Source of the DNA: Escherichia coli 042
GTDB taxonomy: Bacteria > Pseudomonadota > Gammaproteobacteria > Enterobacterales > Enterobacteriaceae
DNA length: 64,000 nt
Reading direction: 5' to 3' (one strand)
Assembly (NCBI RefSeq): GCF_000027125.1
Contig: NC_017626.1
Part shown: in pieces, positions 41,583 through 51,290 of the stretch
How positions within the stretch are numbered: position 1 is the stretch's first letter
Layout of the letters: every line of letters begins with the position of its first letter
The notes under the pieces: generated by a model
The model's database searches: none
What the model saw: only the letters and a program-made list of their open reading frames with translations
What the model was told of the DNA's origin: nothing
Made by a program: the position numbers and the translations under genes

Positions 41583-42783
41583 TACTGTCACCACTAATTT
41601 GCTTATTCAGATAGTCGTACCACCAGTTCATAGCTTCTTTTTTTCTGTCCATATACTGGCTTCTGTTATAAACCCCGGCAACACCGCCTAATGTGTGCCC
41701 AAGCAACTGTTCAACCACATTATGTTCAAAACCATGATCACTTAGTTTTGTGGCAAACACTCTTCGCATATCATGCGCCGTCCATTTCTCCGAGTGTTTC
41801 ATCCTTTTCCATGTCTTACCGATAGTTACGCTTGCCGTACACTGACGCATATCAAACCCAATCACATTTTCTTTGTTACCTGTTATTTTTTTTAACGTAA
41901 CTAACCAGTTAAACATGCCATCAGGAATCGGTCTGATTATTTCCCTGCCATTTTTGCTATGATCAGCGGGAACGCGCCATAATTTCTTATCAAAATCCCA
42001 CTCTACCCAGGACGACAGTAATACTTCTGACAGTCGACAACCAAAAACTACCAGGAAACGTAAAATAATTCGGTTTTCATATGATAATTCGTGATTGTCA
42101 TAATCAGTATTAATACTTCGCCATAAATCTCTGATTTCATCATCTGTTAAAACCCTGCTTCTTCGCGCAGACTTTTTTCCCACATCACAGACCTCAAGAT
42201 CATCAATTTCATGACTAATCGCGTATTTTCTTACCCTACAAAATTTAAGCGCCTGTTTTGATATACGCAACAAAGCTCCGGCCTGTACAGGTGCTACTTT
42301 TTTTATTTTGTCAAAACACTTAATCCACATAGATATAGAGCAATCACTAAGTGGTACATGACCAATCACCGGATAAATATGTTTACCAAAGCACTGCCTG
42401 ATATGTTCTGCTCCCCTACGCTTATCCATTGCATAATTATCAAGCCAGTATTCAAGTGCCTCACGAACGGTAACAGGTTGCAAGGTGGCTTCCCGTTCAA
42501 TTTTTATCTGAATCCGTGGATCTCTGCCCTCCGCAAGCCAAGTTCGACACTGATCGCGCATCTCTCTCGCTGATTTGAGACTCAGATCAGGATATTTTCC
42601 AAGTGTCAGCCAGATGGGCGCGGTTTCCCTTCCCGCCAGTCTGTAAAAGAAAACAAAACTAACACATCCGTATTTACTGACCCGTACCGAAAGCCCGTTA
42701 CCATCAGCGATGGTTTCCTGCCTCTCACTCCTGCGTCCAAGCAGGGAACGAAGTTTTTTATCGCTCAGTTTGTTTAGCGCCAT
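41560..42783 (-). CDS. tyrosine integrase (P4-like)
   Basis: 407-aa segment beginning MALNKLSDKKLRSL...; catalytic region HDMRR...LLGH...VY; upstream part of the 807-aa ORF is read-through from terL. Confidence 0.85.
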   Translation of the reverse strand: MALNKLSDKKLRSLLGRRSERQETIADGNGLSVRVSKYGCVSFVFFYRLAGRETAPIWLTLGKYPDLSLKSAREMRDQCRTWLAEGRDPRIQIKIEREATLQPVTVREALEYWLDNYAMDKRRGAEHIRQCFGKHIYPVIGHVPLSDCSISMWIKCFDKIKKVAPVQAGALLRISKQALKFCRVRKYAISHEIDDLEVCDVGKKSARRSRVLTDDEIRDLWRSINTDYDNHELSYENRIILRFLVVFGCRLSEVLLSSWVEWDFDKKLWRVPADHSKNGREIIRPIPDGMFNWLVTLKKITGNKENVIGFDMRQCTASVTIGKTWKRMKHSEKWTAHDMRRVFATKLSDHGFEHNVVEQLLGHTLGGVAGVYNRSQYMDRKKEAMNWWYDYLNKQISGDSNDSNSYA

Positions 42784-42803
42784 GTGATTTATAACCCGTT
42801 TTT

Positions 42804-42824
42804 GCAATACACAGTGCAATACAC
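42804..42824. repeat. tandem GCAATACAC repeats (putative integrase arm-type sites), right end
   Basis: Same 9-mer pair as at 27793-27813, same orientation. Confidence 0.5.
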
Positions 42825-42955
42825 AAATGATGAAAACAGCCAGAACCTTCCAGAAAAAACAAAAACGACGAACAAGAAAAAAATCTTTTTCTTTCATTTG
42901 GTTACTAAAAAAATCAGGACAGGTCGCACTGTTGTTACGGCGTGATGTTACTTTC

Positions 42956-42962
42956 TTGGTAA
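42956..42962. repeat. right copy of 7-bp direct repeat TTGGTAA (att core)
   Basis: See left copy. Confidence 0.7.
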
Positions 42963-43983
42963 AAAAATTCACCCGCGCAGAGACCTGCTCCTTCGCTTTT
43001 TTCGCCAGACGACGCAGATCATCCCAGCGTTTACAGATGCCCAGGCCAGGATTCGCTTTCTGCCAGACCGTTTCATCAAACGGATCATCTCCCTCATCGA
43101 GCGTGTAAATGATCGCAAAGTAAGAGTCGTCTTTTACAGCGCCCTCCACGTCGCTGTTATAGCCTCGCAATACCTTGATGGCGTAATCACGCTGCTCGTA
43201 ACAAATCCCTTCCTTGTTAAAGCCAGCCGTGGTGATACCAAATAACAAGGACTGCAGACGGGCACCGGTTGCCGTTTCCAGAACGTCCCACACGTCGCGG
43301 GTTTTATGTGCATGCAGCTCATCAATAATGGCGCAGTGGATGTTCAGACCGTCCAGGTTGTTTGCATCCGAGGAAAGCGGTTCAAATTTTGATGCGCTCT
43401 GCTCCTGGTAAATCGCCAGCTTGTTGAAATCAAACAACCGCCCGAGTGTCGACCGGGCTTTTCTGACCATATTTTTGGCGTCTTCAAACACGATTCTGGC
43501 CTGGTCACGCGTGGTTGCGGCTGAATACACCTCAGCTCCGCCTTCACTATCTGCCCCCGTCATATACAGGCCGATACCCGATGACAGGGTTGATTTTGCG
43601 TTTTTACGGGCGACTTCGTTGTACGCCGTCCGGAACCGGCGCACCATCACCGGACGTCCGCTGCCATCGCTGCGCATGACAACTTCCCCGGTTTCTTCAT
43701 TGACCAGCGGAATGACAAAACCAAAAATATTAATGAGGATAAATACATGCCAGTCCATCAACTCAATGGGCTGGCCTGCCAGTGCCCCTTTTACATGAGG
43801 CACAAATTTGTAGAAATTCAGGATGTGCTGCGCACGGGGTTCACTGAAATAAATCCCCCGCTTTTCGCCGTACTTCAGATCATCAAGAAAACGCTGGCAG
43901 GCCAGGCGGACAAATTCGCCAGCAACAATTTCTCCTGCAACAACACGTTCGGCGTAGCGGATCCCGTCAGCCACTTTTGCCAT
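42956..43983 (-). pseudogene. terminase large subunit, N-terminal fragment (interrupted by satellite insertion)
   Basis: First 340-345 residues of the 807-aa ORF are TerL ATPase-domain sequence; the frame then runs through satellite DNA into the integrase. Confidence 0.8.
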
Positions 43984-44465
43984 CAGTCTCTCGCTTTTAA
44001 AAGCTCTGCCAGCGGATCAACATTATCCGGTCCGGCGGTATTTACTTTTGCCCGGCTTGCCGGTGACATACCAAATTCTGCAAGCATCGCCCGGATCCGC
44101 TTCCAGGCATCAGCCTTCATCGCAGCAGCCGGGTGTGCCTTGATCAGCACATCGCCATTCTGCGTTTTCGTGCGGTAGGTATAACCCTCAACATCGAGTA
44201 TTTCGCAGTGATGCCGGTATTCGGTGTAGGCTTCCACCAGTAACTCGAGCGCACGTGCATCGAGCTGAGAAATGATCCCTTCCGCATTCAGCTCTTCCGC
44301 CATTCGCCTGAACCAGTACTTCCCCTGAGCCCCTAAATGCTGCGGAATTTTAGGAAGACCTTTTTCATCCTTTTTAGCGGTTTTTTTGTGGTCTTTAACG
44401 GGGCGCTTTGAGGGGTTGCCTCGAATCAAATGCAGGCGTGGCGGGGTTTTCGGAGGTCCTGACAT
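43983..44465 (-). CDS. terminase small subunit, P27 family (prophage)
   Basis: 160-aa ORF overlapping terL start by 1 nt. Confidence 0.75.
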   Translation of the reverse strand: MSGPPKTPPRLHLIRGNPSKRPVKDHKKTAKKDEKGLPKIPQHLGAQGKYWFRRMAEELNAEGIISQLDARALELLVEAYTEYRHHCEILDVEGYTYRTKTQNGDVLIKAHPAAAMKADAWKRIRAMLAEFGMSPASRAKVNTAGPDNVDPLAELLKARD

Positions 44466-44613
44466 AATCGGTCTTACCTATCAATCGTTTGTTCACATTT
44501 CCAAAAAAAAGTTTTCGAACCTGCGGCGATGTGAGGAAGGGTCAGGCGGCGGTACTGAGCAGCCAGGGTTGCAGAGATTTGACCCGCCCCTCCCCTACAG
44601 ATGGGAACTGTTA

Positions 44614-44964
44614 TCAATTGATGCGTTCGCGCGCTGTTTTTGCTTTATGACAGGGCCAGCACAGACTCTGCAGGTTACTGTCTGCATCTGTGCCACCATG
44701 AGCTTTCGGAATGATGTGGTCCACAGTTCTGGCTTCAACGGCTCTCCCATTGCGCAGGCAGTTCTGACACAGATGATTATCACGCTTCAGTATGCGCGCA
44801 CGTATGGCATCCCATTTCGAACCATAGCCACGCTGGTGGCGACTCAGTCCTCGTTGATGCTGTACCCATCCTTCGCCACGATGTTTATCGCAGTAACCAG
44901 AACTGTCTGTGGTTGTTCCTGCACATCCACGCTTACGGCAGGCACGTGGGATTAGTGATGGCAT
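44614..44964 (-). CDS. HNH endonuclease (packaging-associated, prophage)
   Basis: 116-aa ORF with Cys/His HNH motifs. Confidence 0.8.
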   Translation of the reverse strand: MPSLIPRACRKRGCAGTTTDSSGYCDKHRGEGWVQHQRGLSRHQRGYGSKWDAIRARILKRDNHLCQNCLRNGRAVEARTVDHIIPKAHGGTDADSNLQSLCWPCHKAKTARERIN

Positions 44965-45006
44965 AAATACCTCATACCCTGCGAAATGTTTACCACGATA
45001 AAAAGG

Positions 45007-45486
45007 CTACTTAATGCACTGAGTGCGGATATACTCCTGTGCCCCTTCCAGTTGCATCTGCATCGTCATCAGCCGCTCTCTGAGGGTGAAATAATCCCGT
45101 TCAGCGGTGTCTTCCAGTCGGGGGCTGGTTGCATTATCCACGCCGGAGGCGGTGGTGGCTTCACGCACTGACTGACAGACTGCTTTGATGTGCAACCGAC
45201 GACGACCAGCGGCAACATCAGCGCGCAGAGTTTCATTTTCAGCTTTCGCATTGGCTAATTCTCTCGAGTACTTTGCATCGAGCGCAGCAACATCACGCTG
45301 ACGCTGCTGCATGTCAGCGATGGTGGCGATCGCCAGCTTCAGCTCACTGACTTTTTTATCACGCTGTTCTTTGTAGGCGATGGCGTTATCACGGTAATGA
45401 TTGACCGCCCACGACAGGCAGACGATGATGCAGATAACCAGAGCATAAATAATCGCGGCGACTCTGCTCACTGATCTATCCCCCAA
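45007..45486 (-). CDS. Rz: i-spanin Rz
   Basis: 159-aa ORF, N-terminal TM segment and coiled coil, downstream of endolysin. Confidence 0.8.
   Translation of the reverse strand: MGDRSVSRVAAIIYALVICIIVCLSWAVNHYRDNAIAYKEQRDKKVSELKLAIATIADMQQRQRDVAALDAKYSRELANAKAENETLRADVAAGRRRLHIKAVCQSVREATTASGVDNATSPRLEDTAERDYFTLRERLMTMQMQLEGAQEYIRTQCIK
45069..45251 (-). CDS. Rz1: o-spanin Rz1 (lipoprotein embedded in Rz, +1 frame)
   Basis: 60-aa ORF with lipobox VVGC and Pro-rich region, fully inside Rz. Confidence 0.7.
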   Translation of the reverse strand: MRKLKMKLCALMLPLVVVGCTSKQSVSQCVKPPPPPAWIMQPAPDWKTPLNGIISPSESG

Positions 45487-46001
45487 CAGGCTAATGCGCT
45501 TTCCTGGTCACGACGAATAACCTGTCCATAGCAGTTATTTGAACGTATGCGGCAATCGCGCCCACCATCTATTATCCACCAGCGAATCGCCTCGCATGCG
45601 CCCTTACGATCACCGGCATTCAGCCGCTTATAAAACGTCGACGGAAAACACTTACCGGGGCCAATGTTATAGGGACAAAATGACGCGATACCCGCTTTTT
45701 GTGGTTCAGTCAGTGGTACTTTAATATTGCGCTCCACCCATGCCAGCGCCTTATCACGCTCAATGGCGTTGACCTGGTCGCATTTTTCCTTCGACAGTTT
45801 CATACCGGGAAAAACGGGTTTTCCATCCACCATCGTGGCACCCCGACAGATGGTCCAGATGCCGGACCCATCGCGGTATGCCGTTGTGTGGTTACCTTCT
45901 TTTTCATCCAGAAACTGGTCGAGAATATCAGGCGCGGGCGCACCGACGGCAATCAGTGCCAGAACGGCAGCCGACAGGCCGTATCTGATTTTTGCGTTCA
46001 T
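45468..46001 (-). CDS. R: SAR-endolysin (lysozyme R, T4-lysozyme-like)
   Basis: 177-aa ORF with N-terminal signal-anchor-release segment and lysozyme region. Confidence 0.85.
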   Translation of the reverse strand: MNAKIRYGLSAAVLALIAVGAPAPDILDQFLDEKEGNHTTAYRDGSGIWTICRGATMVDGKPVFPGMKLSKEKCDQVNAIERDKALAWVERNIKVPLTEPQKAGIASFCPYNIGPGKCFPSTFYKRLNAGDRKGACEAIRWWIIDGGRDCRIRSNNCYGQVIRRDQESALACWGIDQ

Positions 46002-46064
46002 GGATATTTATCAGGATTTATCGGTTTCTGCCCACGGACAGGTTTATCTGTTCCGGTCAGTGAC

Positions 46065-46415
46065 TTAAGGTTGTGATTCCGGAGGAGTCTTCAGAGAACC
46101 AGTAATTCTTCCTGGTAGCTTTCCTTTGTAGGTTATCCACACATTCTGCGCATCTAAAATTACGGGGCGCTTTTCCGGCGGCTGCTCATCCCTTTCACAT
46201 AACCCGGCAGCAACATCCAGGAAGACCTGTCTGATGCTCCTTCTGGCTGCTGCCTCATAAAACTCCAGCGCGGCACCTTCAACACGGTCCAGCGAGATGT
46301 CCAGGTCAAAAATTTCACCGTCAAAGCGTTTTTTGTCCCGTAACGCTAAAGTTACCGTAACTTTATTCTCAAAATTGCGGATCCCTTTCACAATCAGTTC
46401 ATAGTTTTGAGTCAT
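46065..46415 (-). CDS. hypothetical protein inside lysis cassette
   Basis: 116-aa ORF between holin and endolysin; no family recognised. Confidence 0.5.
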   Translation of the reverse strand: MTQNYELIVKGIRNFENKVTVTLALRDKKRFDGEIFDLDISLDRVEGAALEFYEAAARRSIRQVFLDVAAGLCERDEQPPEKRPVILDAQNVWITYKGKLPGRITGSLKTPPESQP

Positions 46416-46419
46416 TGAA

Positions 46420-46635
46420 TTACTCTCCCCGTGCCGCCTTACGACGGTCCTCTCTGATTTTGAAATACAGGTTAGTCAGATATGTCAGCAGCCCAAACAG
46501 CAGACTCCCCAGCACGCCTATTGCCGCCCACTGAGACGGGGAAACCCTGTCCAGCAACTGCAGGAACCAGTAGCCCGTTCCCACCGCTGACGTGGTGTAT
46601 GACACACCTGTTGTGATTTTTTCCATCTGGTCCAT
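46420..46635 (-). CDS. S: class II holin / pinholin (S21-like)
   Basis: Start set at [10 protein letters not shown]...; 71 aa; two TM segments and charged C-terminus ...[13 protein letters not shown]. Confidence 0.75.
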   Translation of the reverse strand: MDQMEKITTGVSYTTSAVGTGYWFLQLLDRVSPSQWAAIGVLGSLLFGLLTYLTNLYFKIREDRRKAARGE

Positions 46636-46942
46636 ACCCCGTCTCCCGTTATCCGGAAGCTGACAACAATAAAAAAGCCACCAGTTAACTACTGATGGCT
46701 CTGATAACTCATGCAAGCGTCTCAGACGATCCACTGACACTACCGGTGAGTTTAACGATACCTTCCATTTGACTGGCTCACTTTTTATGATGATGCCGGT
46801 GCATTTATCTCCAGCACCAGACTTTCTATCTCAACGCCATACGTTGCATTTTTGGTAATATCCGTCAGCGTCAGTGCATTTAGTCCCACTGCCAGACTGT
46901 CCTTTATGGCCTGGAATGCCGGGCCAGTACGATGACGTAGTA

Positions 46943-47131
46943 TCACTCCGGCTCAGTTGCACCACTGACCACCACATCACCTTCTGCTGCAATCGCCTGC
47001 ATCAGGGTATAAGGGGTTATGGCCACCGGACTACCAAACGGCTGCCAGCCCTCTTTCAGTTTATGTGTCAGCTTTTCCGCAAGATCTGACGGCGGCGCCG
47101 CCCTGACAACATCATAGTGTTTAAATGCCAT
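46943..47131 (-). CDS. hypothetical protein (DUF1737-like) upstream of lysis genes
   Basis: Small ORF at the conserved position upstream of S; assignment from memory. Confidence 0.4.
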   Translation of the reverse strand: MAFKHYDVVRAAPPSDLAEKLTHKLKEGWQPFGSPVAITPYTLMQAIAAEGDVVVSGATEPE

Positions 47132-47391
47132 GGTTCTTTCCACCATCTGAAAAATAACTCTTTAAAATACCTGACATGTAATACAGAAAAAACACAAAAC
47201 CATACCTTAAATAAAAACCTGATTATCAAGCAGATATGCATGGATAAACTACAAGACGAGATATAAACCACCCTGCATTTAAATAAACAATAAACAACAT
47301 CAGAAAAATAATTCTGCTCTATGGTTTACATTCAAAAATATCATTTATACTTTTCAGAACATCACCAGCAAGGCATAAACAAGGAAACTAA

Positions 47392-47727
47392 ATGAAGTGG
47401 ATTGTGATTGATACAGTTATCCAGCCATCATGCGGAATATCTTTTTCAGTCATATGGAGTAAAATAAAATTAATAATCTGGTATCAATCGGATGCTTTCT
47501 TACCTCCTGAAAGTATATTTACACTGACTCACACAGGCATCATGCTCAATAACAAAGTGCTACCTGTAACCATTTACAACGTAGTACCATTCAATAAAAC
47601 ATTCTGGAATTTAATCAAAAACAGCCAGGAATGCCCTACAAATACAGATAACGTATTGAATGAATGCTTTAATAACCGTTGCACTCTGCAAATATGTCCT
47701 TATGGACTAAAACAACAAAGTCCATAA
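47392..47727 (+). CDS. hypothetical AT-rich moron protein
   Basis: 111-aa ORF with AAGGA Shine-Dalgarno, opposite strand to the late operon, strongly AT-rich. Confidence 0.4.
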   Translation: MKWIVIDTVIQPSCGISFSVIWSKIKLIIWYQSDAFLPPESIFTLTHTGIMLNNKVLPVTIYNVVPFNKTFWNLIKNSQECPTNTDNVLNECFNNRCTLQICPYGLKQQSP

Positions 47728-48174
47728 GGAGTTTACTCACATCTGACAAAATCAATATAAACAGCCCCTCCGGAGAGGGGCTGGAGAGTGGCGCTATGTG
47801 CCATTGCATGGTGCCGGGTGCCTCCCGGTGAATTCAGTACCAGCACCTGAATCCGCGATTATCCCATATACCTACTCGCTGATTGCCCCTCCGCACAGGG
47901 GGATTCACCATGCCAGTTTCTTTTAACAAACTCCCCGCAAACCAGACAACAGTCAACCGCCTGAATTGTGAAGTATTTAAAAATTTCTCCCGCTAACTGA
48001 TACCCGGCTAACAGTCTGGCGTTTTCTTTTTCAGCAACGGGAAAGCAACAACCACCACACCCGCCACCAGCACACCGTCAGCCAGCACTGACATTATCCG
48101 GCTGCTGCAATGCCATTCACAAAAACAGTAAGCAATCACTTTTTACCGTAACAGGTGATAATCCAGATATGTAT

Positions 48175-48528
48175 CTACCCCAGATGAGTAATCCGAAGTT
48201 CATCCATACCACAGGTCCTGGCTATTCTGTTGTACTCCTGAACAAGAGCAAATAATTCTGAATTAGCAACCATGAACTCATCGCTAACCCTTTGTATAGC
48301 ATCACTATTCAGAATAATAACGTCTCTTCCCGAAAGACGATCAGGAGTACAAAACAAAACTGTCAAACGGCTGAAGGCCTTTGCTCGTGCTGCATTGACT
48401 ATATCAATACGCTGCCTAAGGATGAAACACCCCGACGCCTCATCAATATTCACTCTACCCACACCATATGAATGATAAATATTTAATGCTGAAAAAACCA
48501 TTAGACCGTATAACAAACACTCAATCAA
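48175..48528 (-). CDS. hypothetical protein (possible gene remnant)
   Basis: 117-codon ORF with non-ATG (TTG) first codon; AT-rich; no family recognised. Confidence 0.3.
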   Translation of the reverse strand: MIECLLYGLMVFSALNIYHSYGVGRVNIDEASGCFILRQRIDIVNAARAKAFSRLTVLFCTPDRLSGRDVIILNSDAIQRVSDEFMVANSELFALVQEYNRIARTCGMDELRITHLG

Positions 48529-48636
48529 TACTTAACAGAACTTTTATTTTTGACAAACATATAATATTTTCAACAATATCCTGAGCCAGGTATATTTCAG
48601 TATAAGGCTCTGCCGGAAGGAATCTGGAAGAATGAA

Positions 48637-48713
48637 TATGGCGCGCTGTACTGGATTCGAACCAGTGACCGATTGCTTAGAAGGCAATTGCTCTGTCCGG
48701 CTGAGCTAACAAC
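48637..48713 (-). tRNA. tRNA-Arg (anticodon UCU)
   Basis: Manually folded cloverleaf: acceptor GCGTTGT/ACAGCGC, anticodon stem ATTGC/GCAAT, loop CTTCTAA, T-loop GGTTCGAATCC, encoded CCA. Confidence 0.8.
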
Positions 48714-48815
48714 GCTGAATACCGATAATGGACCGCCATCGGGGACCCGCCCCCGCACCAACAACCCTGTTATCGTGTCGTCTGCTCTTCCTGATAAGCT
48801 AATGGCGGTTTGTGA

Positions 48816-48891
48816 TGGTGGCCCTTGCTGGATTTGAACCAGCGACCTGGCGATTATGAGTCGCTCGCTCTCACCACTGAGCTAAAGGGCC
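48816..48891 (-). tRNA. tRNA with CAU anticodon (Ile2/Met type)
   Basis: Acceptor GGCCCTT/AAGGGCC, anticodon loop CTCATAA, T-loop GGTTCAAATCC, encoded CCA. Confidence 0.8.
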
Positions 48892-49034
48892 GGGAGCAGA
48901 ATAATAACGGTCCGTAATTAATTCCGCAATAAAAAACCCGCTCGGCGGCGGGTTGTAGAAACTCTTCTAACGTCAGGCATAAAAAGCCCATCGTTATGAC
49001 GAATTTACCACAGATTCCGGAAAAATCAACCTTG

Positions 49035-49856
49035 TTACCTAGTTACCTTTTTTAACTGCCGCTCAGCCCATGCTTCTTCAATATCAAACCGGGTCACCAG
49101 CGCATCATAGAATTTCTTAACTGTTTTTTCCCATGACGCGCGTGTTATCTGGTTTGTCACCTCGCATATAGCATTAAATACCTCCGTTGATGGTAGTCTT
49201 TCATAGCCACGACCACCACAACGCTGGCAGTCTCTGATAACAGGCATACCACGTTTTACCGACTCTTCACGGTGAATGGCGACACCACGCCCACGGCAAT
49301 CCTTACAGGCGGTGGAAACCTCACCCCTTCCGCCACACTCCGGACAGGCAACTTTTACCACCTCCCTGACTTTTTTCCATTCTTCCCAGTAAGACGGATA
49401 CACACCTTTCGTACACTTTGCCCATACCGGCGGCTTACCATCCGGATACTGGACCTTGTTTGTAAAAACTACGCTTTCAATAAATTTTTCCCCATAGCAA
49501 CAAGGGCACTGCTTTTTACTCGCTGCGCTGCGGGCATAATCCTCAAAAGCGTACGAAGCCATAATGCGCATCACTACCGGTTTTATTTCTGCCGGAAGTT
49601 TTCTCAACGCCGCCACACGATCGCACCGACTGAGTGCATAATCTGCCAGTAATTCTGTTGCCCGCGCCCTGTCATTCATACTGATGCCCATTTTCCCCAG
49701 GAACGCAGAAAAACCCATCTCAGCCCGATTCTGTGTCATGCCCTGCGCGGCCATCACATCAGTGATACTCAGCGCATCTTTTGACGTTGAGGCCGATGCA
49801 TCGGTCAGGCCAGGGGATTTTGGGGAGTAGTATTTCGGTAAATCTTCCAGTTTCAT
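49035..49856 (-). CDS. putative late-gene antiterminator (Q-like, zinc-finger rich)
   Basis: 273-aa ORF with four CxxC motifs, immediately upstream of the tRNAs and lysis genes. Confidence 0.5.
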   Translation of the reverse strand: MKLEDLPKYYSPKSPGLTDASASTSKDALSITDVMAAQGMTQNRAEMGFSAFLGKMGISMNDRARATELLADYALSRCDRVAALRKLPAEIKPVVMRIMASYAFEDYARSAASKKQCPCCYGEKFIESVVFTNKVQYPDGKPPVWAKCTKGVYPSYWEEWKKVREVVKVACPECGGRGEVSTACKDCRGRGVAIHREESVKRGMPVIRDCQRCGGRGYERLPSTEVFNAICEVTNQITRASWEKTVKKFYDALVTRFDIEEAWAERQLKKVTR

Positions 49857-49870
49857 TTTTTGACCTGCTC

Positions 49871-50227
49871 TTAATGCATTATGGGGTAAATCTTCACCCC
49901 CAGACGTCCACCAGATACTGGCTGACCACGAACGATATTGATTTCATCAAACTGCTCATCGTCCATTAACACTCCCGCATGCGTCAGCGCATCCAGCGGT
50001 GCTTTCAGGATATTGTCCAGGTCGCGACGACGCTTATCCGGTGGCTCTGCAATCACCTTTATCGCCAGCCTTCCGGACAGGCTTAATTTCAGCCGCTGCT
50101 GGCGAACAATAAGCGCCACAGCCCGGCGATAACGCTTTCCCTCCTCCGAGATAAAATATGTGCTGCCACGGCGTCGCCAGTAAGTGTTCACCGTCGGCGG
50201 GTAAGGTAAAACCAAATCTATGAGCAT
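49871..50227 (-). CDS. rusA: Holliday-junction resolvase RusA
   Basis: 118-aa ORF with RusA-like sequence. Confidence 0.8.
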   Translation of the reverse strand: MLIDLVLPYPPTVNTYWRRRGSTYFISEEGKRYRRAVALIVRQQRLKLSLSGRLAIKVIAEPPDKRRRDLDNILKAPLDALTHAGVLMDDEQFDEINIVRGQPVSGGRLGVKIYPIMH

Positions 50228-50239
50228 CAGTCACCTCTT

Positions 50240-51289
50240 TTACCCAAGCACGCCAGTTGCAAAGGCGTGATCAAGAAAACGAAAAATTAAATCAACCTGA
50301 GAACCATGCTTTTCTTCGAACGCCAGCGGATCCGCATGAAGCTCGTTGTGATGCTCCCGACACAGCGGTAGCGTGAAAATATCGTGAGATTTTGTCCCCA
50401 TTCCGCCCTGACCATGACCAATCAGGTGATGGGGATCGTCGGCTGGCTTACCACAACACGCACACGGCTGTGTCTTCACCCAGCGTGTGTATTTCTCGTT
50501 AACCCAGCGGCGACGTTTAGGTCGTTTCATGAAAGATTCCGGAGACTCAGGATCAACGGCAATGCTGACCACCGTCTTTTCCTGTGGTGGGTTCTGTTGC
50601 TGGTGGGCGTGAGGCAGCGGCGCAAGATTTTTTGTGCGCTGTTTCAGTATGCTGGTGGCGGTCTGCTCTCCCGGTACGATGTCGCTTTCACGGTACATTG
50701 AGCGGATTTTTTCCGCACGCAACCCCAGCGAACGACGTAATACCGCTTCCGGTAGCGCGTCCGCCACCTGATTGCGGACCGCCCACCAGGATAATTCAGC
50801 CAGAGATAATTCACGCTCCTGCGTACCGCTTATTGCGTGACCGATGACGTCAATCATCCATGCTGACAGGTTTTGATGAGCAAGTTGCTCGAGTGATTCG
50901 GATGTCTGGTCACGCAGCTGGTTGTCGCAGTGCCAGCACAACACCATTGCGCCGGTACCATAACGGTGAATGACGGTTTCGCTGTGATGATAATCGCCGT
51001 GTGGCCACTGGCAGGATTTAATATGGCGCAACAGCCAGTCAGACAATGCACCAGCACCACCAGCAGCACGAATCACCCGTGCGTTACTGAAAAACGGCAG
51101 CAATGTTTTGTCTTCCACCAGCGGCTGGCGAGCGGCAGGAACGACCCCGGACGGCAGATTACGCATGCTTTTCGGTTCCGGCTCCACCAGTAACCGGGTA
51201 TTGTGGAATACCGGCATGGATTCACGGCCCGGCTTAACGATCACCAGCCCGAGTTCCGGTACCAGAACAGGTCGAAGTAATACCCGCAC
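50240..51289 (-). CDS. DUF968-type phage protein (YdfU-like)
   Basis: 349-aa ORF with C-terminal Cys/His cluster; family assignment from memory. Confidence 0.6.
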   Translation of the reverse strand: MRVLLRPVLVPELGLVIVKPGRESMPVFHNTRLLVEPEPKSMRNLPSGVVPAARQPLVEDKTLLPFFSNARVIRAAGGAGALSDWLLRHIKSCQWPHGDYHHSETVIHRYGTGAMVLCWHCDNQLRDQTSESLEQLAHQNLSAWMIDVIGHAISGTQERELSLAELSWWAVRNQVADALPEAVLRRSLGLRAEKIRSMYRESDIVPGEQTATSILKQRTKNLAPLPHAHQQQNPPQEKTVVSIAVDPESPESFMKRPKRRRWVNEKYTRWVKTQPCACCGKPADDPHHLIGHGQGGMGTKSHDIFTLPLCREHHNELHADPLAFEEKHGSQVDLIFRFLDHAFATGVLG

Positions 51290-51290
51290 G

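Larger units (their letters stand above)
27711..42962. mobile_element. integrated satellite, capsid-forming PICI-like (int, alpA, bro, primase, SSB, perC-like, capsid/portal/protease/connector, HNH, terS, terL; no tail genes)
   Basis: Bounded by 7-bp direct repeat TTGGTAA (27711-27717, 42956-42962) inside a split prophage terL; integrase at right end; GCAATACAC repeats at both ends. Confidence 0.8.

Noticed and set aside
41560-43983. Single 807-aa ORF that looks like a TerL-integrase fusion protein
   Set aside because: It is a chimera: residues 1 to about 345 are prophage TerL, about 55 residues are read-through of satellite att DNA, and the last 407 residues are the integrase with its own ATG at 42783. 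It is annotated as a terL fragment plus a separate int.
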